Shown here: positions 38,091 through 49,818 of the stretch, one piece after another
How positions within the stretch are numbered: position 1 is the first letter of the stretch
Layout: every line of letters begins with the position of its first letter
Assembly (NCBI RefSeq): GCF_001194135.2
Contig: NC_069002.1
Coordinates: 36,172,354-36,236,353 of the forward strand
Reading direction: 5' to 3'
Length of the DNA: 64,000 bases
DNA from: Octopus bimaculoides
Taxonomy: Eukaryota
Program-made: the position numbers and the translations under genes
The notes under the pieces: generated by a model
The model's input: only the letters and a program-made list of their open reading frames with translations
What the model was told of the DNA's origin: nothing
The model's database searches: none

Positions 38091-40106
38091 AATATTTAAA
38101 TATTACTGGACAAGTTAAACTTGGTGGTTGATTACATGCATTCTCACACAACGCACAGACATATATCTAAACATATCGAAATTTGAGCAGCCAATAGTAT
38201 AACGCGAAATGATCGATATTTTAATTTGCTTCCCAAATTCAATAATTTGAGTAATTGGATCCATGAACAGCAGAGACGCTTCAGCTTCTAAGAAACTATA
38301 TTTACATATATGTGTATATATGTATGTGTGCCTTCGTTTAACTTTGAGGAAAAAGTTCCCAGCAGAATTCCCTCTGCAATTAGTTTTTAGATTTTTCATC
38401 ATTGTTTGGTGCGTACTATGTCCAAAGTCCATGCCTGGGCGCTTATATCGCATGCAAATTCATGTAAGTTGCTAACTACCCATTCAACCCTTATCCGTTT
38501 CTTGGAGAAAAATGTCAACCGTCAGTGGATTCACGACAACCTTGGGCGGCACTTTGCTGTCCATGAAGAGGAAATGGGAAAGAGCAACTGCTACCAGTAC
38601 TTGCAAAGCTTGTTGAATTACCAATCCTGTAACCATGAAAGGCAAAGTTGACTTCGGTGAGATTTGAACTCAAGAAGGCGAGGAGCTGAAGTAGATATCG
38701 CTTACATGTCTTTTGTTTGACGCTCAAACGATTTTGTTAATCAACCATTTTTTCTCTAAAGTATGACAAAGCATATTTCCTCTCCTTTTTCAACGATAAA
38801 TTATTCTAACAGATCAAATAGCAAATTTCTATTTTCTGTTTGTTTAATCCACCTCCTCCTCCCTCTTCTTCTTCTTATTCTTCGTCTTTTTCTTCATCTT
38901 TTTTTTCTTTTTTCTCCTCATTATTCTTTTTGTGCCTTTAATTTTCTTTCTTCTTCTTCATCCTTCTTTCCTTCTTCTGATACTAATCTTCGTGCTCTAC
39001 TTTTTCTTCTTTTTACATCCACTTCTCGATTTCCTCCTTATCATCTTCCGGTTTCTCTTCTTATCCTCTTCTTCCTTTCCTTCTTCTTCCAATATAATAT
39101 GACATTCAAAGCATATCGATTGTTTTCCTTGACGCAAAGTCATCACATTTATAAGGAGCCAAGATGGTTATGGAGAAGGGCGGCAGCTTAAGCCTAATTC
39201 AATAGCTCGACCTTCGACCTATTAATGGAATATTTTTTCTTTGATTGGTACTTTATTTTATCGACCCTAAACGGATGAAATGCAGAGCTGACCTCTACTG
39301 TATTTAAACTCAGAACCTTAAGAGCAATAAATATTACAAATCACATGAATAATATTACGAACATTATTGCGTTTTATTGTAATGGGATTATTTCGCTGTC
39401 TCTACATATTGAAAACAAAATCCCGCTGAAGACAACTTTGCTCTTCGCTTCTTTGGAGTTGGTAAAATAAAATAAAATAACAGTGAAATGTACTTGGTCG
39501 ATTTCATCGAGTTTCTACTCTCACGATATTTCTGGACTTCTGTCTATGCTAGAAATAATTATTTCGAGTGGTAGATTGGTAGAATTATTAAGCAGTCTAT
39601 GACAAAATTATTTATGGTATTTACTACGAGTATTAACGTTCTGAGATCAAATCAAACCGATGTCAATTTTATTTTTCGTGGTGGATGAATAAATCCCCAG
39701 TTACATATATACCGGGTTCGATGTCATTGATTAATCTATTAAGTCCCAGAGCACTTGAATTTCTGAATATTACTTTTAAATTTTTATAGATGATTGAAAA
39801 TAGGTTAAAATGAAAAAAAAATAATTATTAAAACTCCTTTACTTCAAGTAGAAATTGAAATACCCGGTGTCCCATAAATAGCACACTGAGACAATGTGTT
39901 ATAGCTTATTTAATGTTCTCATTTAGTGTCCTATTTATAGGACAGTGGAACTTAATGGGTTAAGTCTCTCTTCTCTCGAAACAACATCAATAATAATCCT
40001 TTTTGCTATAGGCACAGGATAAGGTAACATTATTTCACCGAAAGATCTAAGGCAAAACTCACAATCACTCACTAGATTTCGACTCGAGACGAAAAATATC
40101 TTATTT

Positions 40107-40148
<42 letters not shown>

Positions 40149-40500
40149 ATACGCAGATAACTTTTATTATTAATCGGTAGAAATGTGGTAAACAGCCAGA
40201 ATCNNNNNNNNNNNNNNNNNNNNNNNNNNNNNNNNNNNNNNNNNNNNNNNNNNNNNNNNNNNNNNNNNNNNNNNNNNNNNNNNNNNNNNNNNNNNNNNNN
40301 NNNNNNNNNNNNNNNNNNNNNNNNNNNNNNNNNNNNNNNNNNNNNNNNNNNNNNNNNNNNNNNNNNNNNNNNNNNNNNNNNNNNNNNNNNNNNNNNNNNN
40401 NNNNNNNNNNNNNNNNNNNNNNNNNNNNNNNNNNNNNNNNNNNNNNNNNNNNNNNNNNNNNNNNNNNNNNNNNNNNNNNNNNNNNNNNNNATATATAAAG

Positions 40501-40532
<32 letters not shown>

Positions 40533-40544
40533 TTGCGTGTATAC

Positions 40545-40575
<31 letters not shown>

Positions 40576-40600
40576 TACACATACAAAGATATATATGGGT

Positions 40601-40634
<34 letters not shown>

Positions 40635-41390
40635 TGTTAGTATATATACATAATACATATATATATATGGGCTTATGTATACAGACACACACTCACACAT
40701 AACCACGCACACACACACATATATATATATATATGTAATTTTTACAGGAGCTTTGCGTTGGTATCGCACGTGCAACCTTCGACATTATCCTATCCAAATG
40801 GGTTTTCGTAAACCAGTATCGACGTGCTATTATTTGTAGCTTCAAGCGAAGCACTTCGATATGCAATATCTGTAAAAGTAAAGCTAATTCGGAAGTCTAT
40901 AAAATACTTATGATGTCGATAATATTCCTGTGTGTATGTGTGTATATGTATGTATTATTTGTAATATATGTGTCTGCACGTATGTCTGTTTCCATTGTGA
41001 GCATAGGCTTACAAAATGGAGCCATTATAACAGACTAAAATAAGCTCACATCGAAAGAAACTAGCTAAAAAAATGTATACATTAAGATTCTGTCCTACAT
41101 GGACATAAAATCGCGAACGTCAACTTTATAACTTTCTTCGTTGCAACATTAAGAACGCACACAGAATACACAATGAAAATAACCGGTAGTTATGGGTGAG
41201 GCAATTTCTATCCTGTTGATAATGGTATAAACAGCTACGACGTTATTTCGATATGTATACGTATTTACGTCTATCTATCTACCTATATATATATATTTAT
41301 TTATTTATTTATGTGTTTCAGCCAAGTGGCTGCGGTCATGCTGGTGCATATATTTGAAAAGATTTGTAAATGTACCACACGAGTAAGTAG

Positions 41391-41690
41391 ATATTAAAGA
41401 GAAATAAAAATGAAAAAGCCACTTTAAAAAAATATTTTTTGGGGTGTTTTAATTAATTTACTTTACATGTTTCAGTTTTTTTTTTGAAAACCCTTATCAA
41501 AAATGAGTATAAAACATGTGAGAAAAGAAGAGGGCTATTAATAAAATAAAATTGAAATTAAAACTAATATTTTATACTCGTTTTGATAAGGTTTTTCAAA
41601 AAAAACGAAATATGTAAAGTAAATTAATTAAAACACCCCCAAAAAATTTTTTTTAAAAGTGGCATTTTCCATTTTATTTCTCTTTAATAT
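41391..41690. mobile_element. AT-rich foldback MITE (about 125-bp arms)
   Basis: ATATTAAAGAGAAATAAAA..GCCACTTT..GGGGTGTTTTAATTAATTTACTTTAC mirrored by GTAAAGTAAATTAATTAAAACACCCC..AAAGTGGC..TTTTATTTCTCTTTAATAT. Confidence 0.9.
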
Positions 41691-41799
41691 ATATATATAT
41701 ATATATATGTATATACCATACGAAACTATTTTGTTATACTTAAGTGTAAAGGGTTATAGATATGTATGTATGTATGTATGTAGGTAGGTAGATGTATAT

Positions 41800-42570
41800 A
41801 TCATGTTGGTGCAAAGGTAACGGCTAATTTTTTAGAAAACTGTTTTAGTGTTTTTTAAACTTGTGCCTCTTGAAATGTTTTAAGAATGTCACAATGAGTA
41901 ATTTATGCCGATTCCTTTTAGACTTTGATCGTATTGCCGATAATCCTCTGCTATATTCGCACCCATATTCGTCCCATCAAATGATCAAATTAGACCTGTC
42001 TTATTCTATGAGTTTCATAAAAGTGTCTTATGCAAGCACACTGCAGCAAAATCTTTTCAGAGGGTTTATGGGGATTATGTACTGAGTGAAGGAAGTTGTA
42101 GGAGATGGTTTTCTCATTTCAGAAGTCAGGATTTGTTTTGAAGGTCGAGCCAAACGAAGGTCACTCAAAGCAACTTGATTCCGAAGAGTTGGAAGCTGTT
42201 CTCACAGAAAATCCGATCGCTACTTGTAGAGAACTTGCAGATCAGTTTAACGTAACTCATACAACTGTTCTACGCCAACTGAAAACGATCGGAACGGTTT
42301 CAGTGGTGGAAAATGGTTCCTGTACGAACTGTCTCCAGAGAATTTTCAACAACGTCTTTAAGAAGGCTTGTTACAGGTGATGAGAAGTGGATCCTTTACC
42401 ATGACGTTAAACGCTGCCTATCGAGGATCATTCGAGGAAGAAGACCTGTTCAACAACCAATAGTAGGACTTCATCTAAAGAAGATCCTGTTGAGTGTATG
42501 ACAGGATTTTGAAGGAATTGTCCATCACGATCTGTTGGATAACATAACTGATACCCAAGCAGAAAATCCT
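41800..42570 (+). mobile_element. mariner transposon, 5' ITR plus decayed transposase
   Basis: ITR-like GTTGGTGCAAAGGTAA at 41805. Frameshifted translation QIRPVLFYEF..RVYGDYVLSEGSCRRWF, ENPIATCRELADQFNVTHTTVLRQLKTIG, RRLVTGDEKWILY, LHLKKILLSV. Confidence 0.9.
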
Positions 42571-43406
42571 GAGCTATGAACCACCTTTACAAGCGCATAA
42601 TTTTGTACACAGAAATGACGCTGTGTATATGCCAGAGAAATATATATATATTAAGGACGGCCCTTAGTCCGACACGTAGGTGTACGGCCTTGCTTGTTTA
42701 TGCTTGTATATGTGGCGTGTAGACGTATTTTTGTAATAAATCACTTTCCTTCGTAAACCACTCGACGTTGTGTCTTTACCTGGTTTTCATTATTCTACTA
42801 TAGCTGTCTTCCGTAACCCGATGCTCGATACTAATGTACAACTTTGCTGCAAACTATTTATTTTATGATGTTTCTAAGAATAAGCATGTACGATTCTGCT
42901 AATTCACAAACGGAACCTATCTAATGATAATATGAAAAAAAAAAAAATACAACTAACCTGTCAAATTACTCGCTTTTTGTAATTCTTCATTTGATTCCTC
43001 GTACTTAAATCCAGTTCTGACTTTTCTCTATTTAAGAGTAATACCGAAATTGTTAATTTATTTATTTTTTTATTACATTTGTTCGTTCGGTTATGATGAA
43101 ATGGCTGTGCCGGGGGTGGAGCAATTATGTAATAGACATTACAGAGGGAGCAACACTATAATCCTGTTCTTTTCCATGTCTATATAGATATTGCTTGATT
43201 TGTCATCCGCCCTCTGTTGAAACACTTGTTAAACCATGGAATAAATATAACTACTACTCTATTCTTCACTTTTATGAAGACATACACACGCGCGCGCGCG
43301 CGCGCGCGCACTCACACACACACATGACATATTTAAGCGTATATACCTCATTGTGAATGCGTACATATATAAATATATATATTCACACACACACACATAT
43401 ACTTAT

Positions 43407-43448
<42 letters not shown>

Positions 43449-43780
43449 NNNNNNNNNNNNNNNNNNNNNNNNNNNNNNNNNNNNNNNNNNNNNNNNNNNN
43501 NNNNNNNNNNNNNNNNNNNNNNNNNNNNNNNNNNNNNNNNNNNNNNNNNNNNNNNNNNNNNNNNNNNNNNNNNNNNNNNNNNNNNNNNNNNNNNNNNNNN
43601 NNNNNNNNNNNNNNNNNNNNNNNNNNNNNNNNNNNNNNNNNNNNNNNNNNNNNNNNNNNNNNNNNNNNNNNNNNNNNNNNNNNNNNNNNNNNNNNNNNNN
43701 NNNNNNNNNNNNNNNNNNNNNNNNNNNNNNNNNNNNNNNNNNNNNNNNNNNNNNNNNNNNNNNNNNNNNNNNNNNNNNNN

Positions 43781-43886
<106 letters not shown>

Positions 43887-45489
43887 TTATATATATATAG
43901 AGAGAGAGACAGACAGATATGTATATTTATGTATGCGCAAATATACAGTCATACACAAGCACACACATCTGCCCTCAGAAAGATCTCCCACATACACACA
44001 CACGCAAACAAACACATATATAAGCCTATATATGTGTGTGTGTGTATTACTGTACATCTGAATTTGTGTGTATGTGAGTGTTTAAGTGTGTTTATGATAG
44101 ACGAATGTATGTATTTACAAACGCGTGTGGCGTGTCACGATATAGAGAAAATGAGATAAGGCTCATATTTCAGAGATGTCTGAATAATTAGATATTTCTG
44201 AAGTCTTCATATTGCTTTGGGATTGATACCTTTCTGTCAAAGATAGAACAACTGTGATGTGATCGAGTAAATAATTATTCCGTGCATATAATACTATGAA
44301 CTGAAATGCGTATCATTTGTACAAATATGCACACGCACACACATACACACTCACACACACTTGCACATACAGACATGCTAAAATATATAATAGTGTGGAT
44401 AAAGATGTTTGTGTATCTAGATATATACATGTACCTAGATATACATGCTTACAATATATCTGTATTTATGTATCTATGCATAGATACATAAGATAGCATA
44501 GATATATGCATATCTATGCATATATCTGTCTATCTACCCATCTCTCTTTCTCTCTCTCTCCATATATATATATGTACACGTATATATGTATACAGGTTTG
44601 GCGATGCAAAGAAGGAAAGTAAAACTCAAAGGAGGAGTAGATATATATATATATATTTACTGATATTTAGTGGAAGCAATAGAGAGACTCAAGGGTCAAG
44701 AGTTTGGTAAGTTTGGTAAGCGCTAAGGCGCGAAACTCTCGACCTTTGAGTCACTCGGTTGCTTCTGCTAAATATTACAATATAGTGTTGTAGTTCGCTT
44801 GAAGCATTGTGGTATCGAAGAAGGGAAAGGGAAGGCACAATGTGAAAGCTTCTGGCAATACAGAAAGTTTCCCAAAACCTTTATATTTCAGGCGCAATGG
44901 CCCATCCTCACAAGAGAAACAGTCTGGGAAATGTCTAGGTTCCGTTGGCCTATTGAAACTCCTCAGCGTTATGTTAGCAGTAACAGTCACTCTCGAAACG
45001 TTGGTGTAATCGACTGTCCAGTTGTTGGTGTAAACAAACATCCAAATGTTACTGTAGGCAACTCACCATCTGTTGGATGACGTGGCGGCCTTATGTAGGC
45101 TGCAATAGCAGTCATTCTCCAAATGTTAGTGTAACTCTCCATACATTGGTGTGAACAAATGTCCAACTGTTGGTGTAGACAACTCACACCTCACCAAATG
45201 TCGAATGATGTGACGAGTTAGAAGCAGCATGTTGTCGGCTTTCTGACCATTGGTTGTTGAGAGGTGTAGTCACATGGTGGCGGTGATGGCGGCGGCGTAT
45301 ATTATGGTGTTGGTCGCAGTTGCCGTGATGTTTTCATAAGAGTCATGGGCTCAAATCTGATCGACTATTAACTTTCGGGTTGAGGCGGTGGATCAATAGA
45401 GCTTCTTTTATACATAGATTACTAGTGTTCCTCTCCGAGGCCAGTATAGAGGCGTCTATCTCCTTGCTGGTGATGCCGCATCTGACGTT

Positions 45490-45623
45490 CACCATTACCT
45501 TCTGCCGGAGTCGCGTGGATTTTAGGTGTTTCGCACATAAGCATACACATCGCCCTCAGATTCGAACCTGCGATCCTTCGACTGCGAGTCCGCTGCTCTA
45601 ACCACTAGGTCATATGCCTCCAC
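45490..45623 (-). mobile_element. tRNA-derived SINE head, family D
   Basis: Minus strand GTGGAGGCATATGACCTAGTGGTTAGAGCAGCGGACTCGCAGTCGAAGGATCGCAGGTTCGAATC has A and B boxes but runs into non-tRNA body; no intact acceptor stem. Confidence 0.8.
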
Positions 45624-47014
45624 GAACAGGTCCTGGCAAGGTGATTTTTCCGTTGAACACCGTGTCAATTTTTCCCTTAACTGTGATGTTTAGCCGAAAG
45701 TCAAGCAAGTAGAACGAACCCTCACTGTTTGGGTGTTCAATGATATTTAATGCCAATATACAAGTATAAATTTAATCTATCGATCTCTTCATACCATACA
45801 ATAATTTACGTTAACCCTTACTATCAATCTATAAACCCTAACCTATCTCATTGTTAAATAGAATATACATATATATATATAATTACCATTAAACAAACTC
45901 CAAATTTATAAATTTTTTTAATACAACCCCTATTTTTACATAAATGCTGTAAATTGAACATTTCATCTTTTATTTTATAAAATCTTATAATCCAGCATTA
46001 ATGACTGTTGATACGTTTAATATATTTCAATATATAGAAATATGAATCTTAAAACTACACGTACTTATTTATATCCATATTATCCCTAAAACTTAAAGAC
46101 ATATTTCTCTATTAAATCACATGATATTTTTGCATTATTATATAAAAAAAAATCTGACATGTTTAACCATATGAACAAAGGGAGATTACTAGTTACTCAC
46201 ATTTTGACCTAGGAAAATAACACTGTAACATTGGTTTTTAATTTCTCTTGCATTTCCTAAGTGAGTAAAATATTGATTTTTTTTTATATATACCTAATAT
46301 TTTTTACATACCTAATATCTTTTCTTAGAACACAGGAAATTATATCCTAACCCATTTAATCCTAAATAATACTAATATCATAATATTTCTCTGTAGTACT
46401 TCTAAAACACATTATCGTAGTAAGATATAAACAAACTTTTCATCCCTTTATTAAAATTCCTCAATCTGATTCTTTGTATATTACACCCCTTATGATAAGT
46501 TACATTTATCTTTCTCCCATCTTCCTGCCATAAACTTTTATAAATATTTTTCAAATGCATGTGATATTTTAGCTTCATTTCCACGTTCAATATTAGCTAA
46601 CTTTAAACGATCAATTTCTAATCACATGAACTCCGCGTCCTAATAAGTTGTTTACATTTTAAAATTTCTAAACAAAGCCCTAAGTTATTTCGTAATTCAA
46701 GACCGCAAAATATTCTTACTTTTCCCTGAAAATACCCGGCAATATATGGTTTATTACGTCTATAAAACTTCGAATGTTCATGATTCAAACATACTGTCGG
46801 ACTGAAACATGTGTAAGATTTTTTCGGATATTTTTTGGTTGGTTTGTTGATCTGGTTCCTTTTATACTTATTCTTATAGGTGTCTCTCTTTTTTTTTGCA
46901 TTACTTTTCCATCGTGATACAAATAAAATAAACCAAGCATCTATTATATTATTTCTTCTCCATTTTCTTTTATTAACTTATATATATATATTTTTTTTTT
47001 TTCTGTGCTCCATT

Positions 47015-47127
47015 CTGGCGATGAGCGTAGGCCCGAAACGTAAAATACTTTCTCACTTCCGAGCGTTAAACTAATACAACTGTTTGTTGTTTACACACCC
47101 GTCTTCGTCTTCTTTTGTAAATTCTCA

Positions 47128-47130
<3 letters not shown>
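47015..47130 (+). repeat. dispersed repeat with degenerate hammerhead-like core (second copy at about 27505-27610)
   Basis: GATGAGCGTAGGCCCGAAACGT..CGAGCGTTAAACTAATAC..GTCTTCGTC is shared by both loci. Confidence 0.65.
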
Positions 47131-47199
<69 letters not shown>

Positions 47200-48315
47200 C
47201 ATATGCCTATATATATATATCCATACATATATATTTAGATACATATCCCGATATACATATATATATGTATGTGCGTTTGTGAGTGTCTGTCTGTGTACAT
47301 GAATGCAATATTCATCAATGCATATGAATATATACGTGGTGTATATGTTGGGTTTCATCTGTCAACGTGTGTGCAGAAACACTTTCTTTCCTACGTCTGG
47401 ACGTATATCTTTTATATGGAGATTTCAGCAGGTCACAGGCTTTTGAGTGATGTTTTTTTTTTCACTTCGAACATGAAGATATAAAGTTTCAGCCTATGAA
47501 AAGATAATGGAATACCTGTTTGGTTTCCATCAGCGCAGTAGGTGTTACATCAGGCCTTTCACAGTGTTTCAGACGCTTCTTTACTGATGTTAATGATGAT
47601 GAGTTTGTTGATGTTGAAGATGTTGTTGAAGTTAATGATGATGATGATTGTTATGATGGTGTTAGTGCTAATTATGGTGTGGTATTATTGCTTGTGGTTG
47701 TATCAATGCTGCTGCTTCTGATGTTTGCATGAAAGGAAGATAAAGCATAGTATTTTTTTTTAATCAAAATATATCAACTACTTAATGGCTGGCTCGAGAA
47801 CCTGGTNNNNNNNNNNCAACTACTTAATGGCTGGCTCGAGAACCTGGTGCGTGCGTTCTTTTCTGTGTTCTTGGGAAGATATTCGAGCAACTCCTTGTCA
47901 CATCTACAGCGCTTCATGTCATTCTCAACCGTACCCCAAATATAGTAAATTATGGTATTACAATTGTGGGGGGGATTAGGCGGCCAGAAATTGGGGCAGG
48001 AATTCTCCCGGGTTATTCAATGCAGGGTAGGGCTGACTGGATATTGGTATCGTTTTGAAATATATACTGTAACAGATGTTACATGACGGAGATTTCCGCA
48101 TCCCAAGCGAGTACAAAGAACACTCAACTAGATTGATGTTATTGTGGCGAAGTTATATAACATGAAATTAACAATCCATCAAAGCTGATGTTAAGACAAA
48201 GCTTCCGTGCACAACTTGGGAAACATTACGGTTGCGACCACTTAAGAAAGAATCTCTAATATTACGACCTTATACATACACAGGCGCGCGTGCATGTACA
48301 CACACACACACACAC

Positions 48316-48367
<52 letters not shown>

Positions 48368-49053
48368 GGTAGACACTCATATACTCGTGTACCCTTCGGC
48401 GTGCATATAAAGTAACACAATTGTTTTACAGGCAGCATGCTTCACTCACTAATTTTACGCTCTAGGGAGAAAATACGCTAGCTACCTTTATTAAAAGATA
48501 TCGTAATAACTCTCATAATATTGCACCTACGCTCAGCATGAAAGCACTTGTTAGAAACGTTTTCAATTTATTTAGTTTTCGTATATTACACATTCGAAAT
48601 CGTGGAACACAAATTTATTATCAATATGGAGGCCAACAATTTATGACATGATTCGAGATGTATATGAAGCAGACCACGTACCTTTAAAATACTTTGTCTT
48701 TCTGCGCATATCATAAGCTCATTTGCTGTCATTTACAATTTATTTCTCGCAGCAAATATATTAATTGGAGATTGCAGCTTGTTAAAGTATATTAAATACA
48801 TTGATTTCTCTCAAGTCGTTTACAAAAAGAAGTTTGGATGCTTATAGCTGAGACCCCTTTGGTTAAGTCAGAAGAAACTTGGATCTAAGCAACAACCGCA
48901 ATAACAGTTACTTTGCTGTCGTCACAATAAACACATTTCGCTCGCGGTTGTTCACTGGTGTTTACTGCTTTCAGTTTCTTTTCATTTAGATATTTTGTTG
49001 TTCTCGTTGTTGTTGCTCTCACTGCTATTATTGAGATGTTCTTTGAGAATAAT

Positions 49054-49577
49054 CTATACTGCGGCAGTTGCCATGAGGGAAACTCTCTTATTGGCTTTTG
49101 GTTCAAAATGCACTCCTTTCGGAGAAATAAGTACCGCCACCTACAGCGCTGAGACCATTAAATCATGAGATTTCGACCTTCTCTGGTCTTGACAATGATG
49201 GACTCTCGACCGCTAAAAAATAACTGCGATTCATCTCGCCGCTAGCGATATATAGAAAAACAGTGGCAGAACAGACGCTGTTGTGTATATTTACACTATC
49301 TCTGTTATATATAACATTTTAACAAGTTCATTGGCTAATCTCGACACGAGCGCCTACTCTGAAAATGAGATTCCATATATTGCTGACAAGGAAATGAATC
49401 GCTCTATTGGTCGTGAGTCCATCATGAAAAGACCATGGTAGGTCGAAGTTATGAGATCTGGTGGTCTCAGCACGGAGGCGGCGGAAATTTATCTCCCCGC
49501 TAGTAATATAAACAAGAGTTCTTTTTGCACCAAAAGCTAATACGAAAGTTTCTCTCGTGGTAACAACCGCAGTATAG
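49054..49577. mobile_element. long foldback MITE with perfect 11-bp termini CTATACTGCGG/CCGCAGTATAG
   Basis: Imperfect inverted arms of about 240 bp. Partial family members at about 50960-51235 and 59005-59215. Confidence 0.85.
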
Positions 49578-49746
49578 TTTGTTCTAAAACAACATCCATG
49601 TTTAAGAGGAGATGAGTATTTACCTCTTTGTATTAATACTGCCTACTATTGTTATTCATACGTAATCTGTTAAATTTAAGAGAGTTGTGGGAAACTATTT
49701 CCATAATGGCTCTTCAAAAACTTATCTTTTCTCACGATTACAGAAG

Positions 49747-49818
<72 letters not shown>

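Noticed and set aside
42640-42830. Possible solo LTR with AATAAA
   Set aside because: No clear TG...CA ends, target-site duplication or second copy.
44799-45080. 93-aa ORF and CAG|GCGCAATG resembling the peptide gene's first exon (also CAG|GTGCAATG at about 8386)
   Set aside because: The ATG frames stop after 13 and 7 codons and encode no signal peptide, so these are not paralogs.
45560-45623. Possible tRNA gene on the minus strand
   Set aside because: A and B boxes are present but there is no acceptor-stem pairing; it continues into SINE body.
47775-47848. 32-nt direct repeat CAACTACTTAATGGCTGGCTCGAGAACCTGGT
   Set aside because: It flanks a 10-N gap exactly, so it is an unmerged contig overlap artefact.
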